Below, in pieces: positions 54,204 to 62,326 of a DNA stretch of 64,000 bases. This DNA comes from Mytilus californianus. Its lineage: Eukaryota. The translations under genes were made by a program, and so were the position numbers. How positions within the stretch are numbered: position 1 is the first letter of the stretch; every line of letters begins with the position of its first letter. A model generated the notes under the pieces. It was not told where the DNA came from, did not search any database, and saw only the letters and a list, made by a program, of their open reading frames with translations. Location: positions 44,640,001-44,704,000 of the forward strand of contig NW_026262734.1 in the NCBI RefSeq assembly GCF_021869535.1, written 5' to 3'.

Positions 54204-57200
54204 CAGATTCAGTCCACAAAACATTACACAGAAACTAAGAATTGATCACTCAAACATTTTTTTCAATAAGAAAAAAAACTATGTCACTCAACTCTCAGTT
54301 TTCAACTTTATCTTGACAGGTGTAGAAAATAAACAGGTGTCTTCTATTCCGTCCGCCACTTTTTTGGGAAAGTAAAATCTAAATTTAGAACCATTGTTGA
54401 AACTGAAACTAAACATGTATGATAAAAATAGAACATGTTATTTCTGCTTTATCAAATTCTAATTTCGAAGGGATACCGAAATTTTTTTTTATTGTGTGTT
54501 GTGTATCTTTCCGAAGTTGTGAATGCAATTTTGAAGTAACGTTTTTCTTCTCAAGTTTCAATTCAAGATTATGACTGAATAGCGTATATACATGTATATA
54601 TAAGGGGTCCCAAAACTTGTAAACGCAATTTGATATTTGGTGAAATGAGAGTTGAAATGAGTTAAGACTCTTAAATTTTGATAGCATTTTAAAGACTGAT
54701 GTGTTTTAATCTAAAAAAAACAATTGTATCCAATTTTCATAACCTCTGCATAAATACTATCAAATTCTATATTTAACGAACTTGATTATACATGAGGATC
54801 TCGCACGTGGACCAACAAAATAGAAAATCTTGAAAATGTAACAATATCTGCTGTTTTTTATGATTTCCCTATGTATTTTTGTATTTTTTGGCGTCTCATG
54901 CTGTCAATTTTAACAGCTCGTATCTCAAAAACGAAAGCAGTTACCCCCTTTTTTATTTTTATTTTATTTTGTACTTTAACAAGCAGAATCCGTATGTGAA
55001 ATTGAAAAAAAAAATCTGCGGAGGACTTAATTACGTTCACTTCGTCTTAGTAGAAACGATGCCTTTTCTTAAATTTGTATGGAGCTACATGTATTTTTTG
55101 TCTCTGATAACAGATAATTTATATATTTTGTTTGCATGGAATTTGTCTATATGTCACAATGTGTGTTTATATTGTTGTATGGTCGATTTGTAAATATGTA
55201 AAACATGTTTACTAAATATCGACTCTAAATAAACTTTGAATTCAATTCATAACAAGCCAAATAACCGAGGCCTTGGTCAAAAGACAACAACTCATGGCCT
55301 GCTCACGAGTTTCTTGCCAAAAATACATTCATCGTCCTCGAGGTCAAAGTTCAAGGTCACATGAAGTAAAGGGTATCGATGAACTTAAATTCGCCTCAGT
55401 TATCACTATTAACTATGCTGTTGTCAATTTAGGATTCATTTTTTAAAATATTAAAATATATACCCCTATATCCATATTTCTAAAACTTCCAAGCTTGGCC
55501 GATATTAGCAAGCACAAGATGCCATATTTGAGTTGCTAAATCTTTTAAACCAATTGTTCAAATCTTTTGATATTTTTATAAGATGTTTAGCTAGGCCTCG
55601 ATTATCAATGTGAGAAAAATAAGAAAAATTAAACGACAGTGTTTTTGGGGTTATAGTGTTGGGTATCCCCTTAATATCTATGTTCGAAAATCGAATGTTA
55701 AGTCTGCTTACCCTTCCGGAGGACCATGGATCCCAGTCGGTTTTTGATGAGTTTTGTGTTGCTTAGTCATAAGCTTTTGATGTTGTGTTTTGAAAACTGT
55801 TATTTATCTTTTGATCGCTTTTCCTTTTTTGCCATGGCATTGTCAATATAGATAAGAAGATATGGTATGAGTGCCAATGAGACAACTCTCCATCCAAGTC
55901 ATAATGTATAAAAGTTAACAATTATAGGTACGTGTACGGACTTCAACACGGAGCAGTTTGATTTCGACTTTTGAGTTTGAATATCCCTTTTGAATCTTTC
56001 GTCTCTATTTTTAAACATTCCACAAATAATATTGAACGCTACAAATCGAAAGATGAACTTAGCAAATCGAATGATGGACATTCAAATGTTAAATTTCGAA
56101 TATCAAAAATCGAAGGTTAAACATTGTTATATATCGAAATAGTAATTAGAATGTTGTGATCGATGTTGATCGATGTTGATTGATAAAGATCGAATGATCA
56201 ATATTCAAAATCGAAAAGTAGAGTGTTTAATAAGTCATAATCTAACTATTTAATGTAGACAATCCAAATCAAAATAATGAAATGTTGAAGCTAAATGTTT
56301 TAAATCGAATATTTGAATATTGAATTTCGAAATAGAATGCTAATAATTGAAATCAAAGCGGAGTGTTCAAATCGTATATTGATTGGTTTAAATCAAATGT
56401 TGACAATTTGAATTGTTTAACATTCAATTTGAAATTTTGAATGTTGAATATTGCACTAGTTGACATAGTTTGATCTGAAATGGTAATTTTGAATTGAACA
56501 GCTCTGAATTGACTGAACAATATATTATTTAGTCGTTATCAGTTGTTCAGTCTTTTTTCAGGATTATCCTTTGCGGTGCACTCGGTACTGTTTAGATATT
56601 GTTTGCAGACAATTGCGATCGGTACAGACTATTTTCAGTAGTTATTGTTTTCCTTTACACATCAACATCATTCTGAATTGTACGAACATCTACTGAAAAG
56701 TGCTGAATTGTCTGCAGTCGAGTTGGATGAACAGTACTGAATTTACCGCAGTGGAAAATTGACAGAAAGCCTTCACATGACTGAATAATGATGTGTTTAG
56801 ACTTTTCACATGAAGTTAAGATTAATATAAGTATTTGAGACTAACATTCATTTACTGGTGTTGAAATCCAACCTTAAAATTAAAAATTTGATGCTGAATG
56901 ATAAAAATAGTTTGAATGCTCAAAATGTGAATGTTGAATGTTGATATCTCATTTCAATGCTAAAATTATATATTGAAAAATTAAAAGTTTCATGTAGAAG
57001 GGGAATGTTGAAAATTGATAATTGAATATTAATTGAAATCTAATTTTGATTTCGATAAATGTTAAACTCAAATGTTGAATTTTGATAATCAAATGATTAC
57101 TTTGTTTACTTGATTTCAGTTATTTCAATTGAATGTTAAATGTTAAAAACACAATGTTACAAATTAAATGTTGAACATTCGAAAGTTGAATGTTGAGTCC

Positions 57201-60200
57201 AATAAAAAAAAATCAAGCTTTTAAACATTTATTTGAAAACAAATTAAATGTTGAATGTTTAACGTACGTATACGACAACTGCTAATCATTTATAGTATAC
57301 AGTTTTACAGTATTTGCTTCTGCTAAAAAAAAATTGATTTGAACGGAAACTCACATAAGGTTTCATAAAGTTACACATGTCGATAACATCGTTATTATAA
57401 TCAGTGCTACGTGTTGTTGTTGAAAGCATTTAGATCTAAAATTAAGTTTTACGTGTTTTTGTCTAATCTTACATCCAAGGACATCGATTACTAAAACGAA
57501 TCATTTGGAATCTGAAACAACAATACATATTTATAGATTCAAAGTAATTTTGTTTTGGTTTACAGTGTCCTGTGTGGGGAGGGGGGGCAGGGGACGAATA
57601 TTCCAAAGTTGCCAAAATAGGTCCAATTATGATTCGTATCTTCAATTTTTTCAGATTCGCATTCGTCATATTTTAGTCGGATGCAAAATTCTACAGGCTG
57701 CCAGTGATGATAAGAAGAATGAGCAAATACAAAGGGAGACATCACAGAGATTAAAACTGTAAGGGAAATACCAAAGCAGATATCATACTGATTGTTTAAA
57801 AGATGGCGCAGCCGTTTGTCAAATTGCGAATTCATTTAATTGCATTTGACTAAGTTTCAATACTTCTAAATCGAAATGATGGTGTAATAAATGATGATTC
57901 AGAAAGCTCATTTATTTCTAATATACTTTCTAACATAATTTTTTATGTGATTAAGTGTAGGGTAAAATAAAGTTTTTGAGTTTTGGGTAATTGAAACTTC
58001 AAGGAACAGTCTATATTTTAACCTCATAAATTTAGTTTTTTTAATGCATAGTTGATGTGGTCCGTTTTCACTCGTGATTTGTCCATTAATAGCGAACTTC
58101 ACAAAAACACGCAAGAGTAACTGACTGCGGATGTATTTTCTTATTTAAATGCTAGCAATTTTGTAAACAATATCTGAGGACTTTGGTTAATAATATACAA
58201 AGCTCATTGCTAATGTTAGTTCATGCAAACAAACCATTGTTGATAACTAGTATAGATTGGATGTGAATATATTTAACATTTACGTATTGTACTACCCCAT
58301 AACTTCGAAATGAAATTTCTTAAATTATTCAGCCATAAGAGAGAGGCAAGAGAAAACAAAAAGACATTCAACCTCACAAACCGACGAAAAGACAAACAAC
58401 AGTACACAACACGCAACATAGAAAACTAAAGACTGAGAAATACAAACCCAACCAAAACCCGGGGAGATCTTAAGTGCTCTGGAAGGGTAAAATTTCAATT
58501 ATAAAAAAAATGTCATCCTTGGGACAGTCGATGCAATAACTTTACAAACTTTAATAATATTTAGTAAAGTACTTAAACTCTCAGATATTTTGCTTAATTC
58601 TTTGTCAGTATAAATAGATTCAAATCTGCATTTGATGAGATTTACATAGAATGAAAAATTACCAAAATGACATGTAGTTACAAGTGATTACCGTGTGAGC
58701 TCAATCGTTCAATTAAAATTCGTGTCTCGATGTGTTAAACCCTATGACTGATGCGGCATTACACAGTTATTATCAATCAAAATAGTATCTTATAATTTGG
58801 AAACATTACTTAAAAGATTTTTTTTAGTAAATATGTTCTATACATGCATTGTTCAGTAAATAGGTCTATTTTATAGATATTTCACGGAGCGTGCAACCCT
58901 GATTACAGGATTTATTTACGAGGCTACTTCAAACAACGATTTAGTTGCAAATGAGCTCAGTGAATCAGTGAATCATGCTGGTCGTCTTTTGGTGAACCAC
59001 GGGTACTTAGAAGATGCAATTAAGACGGAAAACAAGGCATTTCTTGACAACAAAACCGTCACAGATATTCTGAATAAAATGTGGTACGGAGAGGAGAAAT
59101 CTTTATTTCGTCAGGTATTTGATAAGTATGCATATTGAACGGGGAACAAACTGAGATAGTGCTTATCTGAAATAAAATGGACGCATGTCAGGTCCGGATG
59201 TTTTCAAAACTATTACATGCAATGCACTATACTTTAAAGCAATCTGTTCATTAAATGTTTAAAATGTTGATAAAATACATTTCGAAAATAATTTAGAAAT
59301 TATTGGATCCTAAAATGTAACACTGTGATCGATTGAACACAAGCATGTATTTATTATAATGATGAAGGGATTTCCGGATGAAAAGCATTAATCGTGCAGC
59401 TGGATATGAACCGTAATGATATTTCCCTTCACAATGTTAGAATATCAAGATAAAGAAAGATAGACAGCTCTATCAAAATATAAGATATTTGAAAAATATT
59501 TCGACTCAAATAACACAATTATTGCAACCCTTGAAAGGAATTTAGTAGAATATCAAAACCTCCCATTTAAAAGTTACCCTCATACTTATTTATAAATGGT
59601 AGGTCTTTCTTTTCTCTATGTGTGATTATTCGAGAGATTTCTAGAAAATTTTTGGATTGAATAATAGCAAATTACGGAGATTTTTACTTAATTGTTAATT
59701 TTAAGTGCATTTTAACCAAATTATATCTAGAAATACCAGAACAAGAAAAAGAAGCGAATGCTATATTCATGCACAATTATTCATTTTGAACATAAATTAA
59801 GGTAAACTTGAGTGGGGTTTTGATCGTCATGTATTCACAACTGCCTGATTCTTAGGCAGATTGGCACTTAATAACAGGGTAAGTAATACCCCAAATTCGA
59901 GGATTAAAACAAAATGCATGTACATACAAAGCATTTTGTGTTTGAACTAGCCGACAAAGCAGCAAACAACATGCTAGTGGTATGATGTAGATATTACACG
60001 TAAGTCCTTAAGGATGAAATTATACATTCAACTAAATTTAAGGCCGTATGCTTCATAGAGAGTCTAAAAGTAAATAATCATGACACTACTACATCTCAGC
60101 GTAAAGCCTCCTTTGAAAAGTTTTAAGTCCCTTCTATGTATTGGCTTCCTAAATTACAAAAAACAACCGTTCAAATTTCGTTTCATCCCAGCTTCTAGTA

Positions 60201-62279
60201 AATGGTATTGAAATAATCTTTCTTTGCCGTAAACTACATATTTTACTTCTATTAACGAACTTGTTATTAATTTTGTAATAAAGCATATGAAAATAATGGA
60301 AATAACTCTTTTTGGAGTGTCAAAAACTCTAAAGAACTTACTTTAAATAAATCTTATACACACAGCATTAAGTGTTATTATCTATATTTAAATATTTTTG
60401 TTTCACATGAGAAACTCTAATTGAAAATTTATGACAGAGGAGACGATTTTTCTTTCACGATAGTTAATTTTCAATTTTTGCACATCTATGTTCCTTTTCT
60501 CCCCTTCTTATGGTGTTTATATTCACAACTTCGCTATGTCCATGCTTGTAGTCGCCTTATAGATTTAAATGAACGGTATTTATGTATAGCTGATCGATAT
60601 TTTAATCAGGGATAACGTTACAAAAAATTATCTAAATCTTTACCAAATTCTTTCAAAGACAAAAGAATTGGTTAGGAAGTTTGGCTGTTTCTTTAGTATT
60701 CTTATTTAAAACGGAATATCATATCATAATTTTTATGATGTTGTTTACAAAGCACATTGAATTAGACACGATCAATGGAAACTGAGCCTTTGAATAAACG
60801 TATTCTTAAAGGTTAACAACTTATCACAATAGTAAAAGATTTAAAATATTTTTTGTTTTCGGTACGAACATTGATTTCGTTTTTGAAAAGTTCAAACATT
60901 ACTAAATATATATTACTATATTTGTACCGTTATTCGAACTAATGATCTTATCGATACTGGTTACTTATATTTTGGCATTGCACACGATCATGCGTTTCTC
61001 AAACTGTTGATGAAGTTTTTATAGTTTATCCGTTGAATGTGTACTGATTGACACTTAAGTCTGGGAAGACATGATTTATTTATTAGTTGCAATTGGCTTT
61101 GACCTAGCCTACAGTAACTATGAGTAGGTCTTATTTCGGTGCTTTATGTCTATTGTTTTTATGTTAGATGTTTTTGTGCTTCGTACCGATCTTCTCAGTA
61201 ATGTCCATTGCAACTGACTTGTACAGTTTATTCTTATTTTGTGCTGTTACACCACTGTCCCAAGGTAGGGGTGGGGTTCAACGCTCATAAACCTGTTAAT
61301 CTAGCAAATTTATGTATGTGCCTATGCAAAGTAAGGATTAACAGTAGTTGTCAATGGTTAATATCTATCATATTTGTTTTTCGTAATTGTTTTGTTATAA
61401 AATATGCTGTTATTTTTTCTGGTTTTAACTGTTTCACATTTTCATGTCGGGGCCTTTATAGCCGACTATATGTTATTGGGGTTTCTTATTGTTGAAGACC
61501 GAACGATGGCATATGATTGCATACTACCAACTCAATTTAACTCTTATAAAACACAATTATTCAGACATGACATCAACTAAAATCATACCAATGGAATAAA
61601 TGACAAAGAATAGCAAAGGTGGAGAGAAATATCTGTCCGACTATCAAGCGTATATACATTATCTTTTATTGGCCAGCTGAAGCCCGTCTCTAGATGCGGG
61701 ATGTTCTAGCTGAGTTGAATAACCATTGATGGCGTAGGACAGTTTGTTGCCGTTTAGTTGGGTTTTATATTTTTTACACATTTTCCGTTTCCTTTCTCAA
61801 TTCTATATCTACTTTCAAAGATAGAATAAAGGGAGGTATACAGGTATGATTAAAAATGTCACATAAATTGTTTGATATAAATAACAAGTTAACAAGTTAA
61901 AAGCTGATGATAAAAGAAAGCACATACATCGTTCATTCACGCGAACTCGTAATGACCCTACAAGATCATCGGCCAATAATTAGAAAGATAAAAATCCACT
62001 AACGAACTGGTCACATATATAATGTCTCTAAACGAGATATCTAATTTCAACAATATATCGATTAATTAAGACAAATCTGACCAACTGACCACTACAGAAC
62101 CACCAAAACATTACAGTATAAATATATCCCCTTTATACAAATATAAGGTAAATAACTACAGAATTATACTTCCCTGTTGCCCTCAATTGTTCTATTCAGC
62201 TTTTCAGTTAGCAAATAATATTGAATATCTTTTTTGATGGGGCCTCATACCGTTTAACATGTTCGCTTATAATCCATCC

Positions 62280-62326
<47 letters not shown>

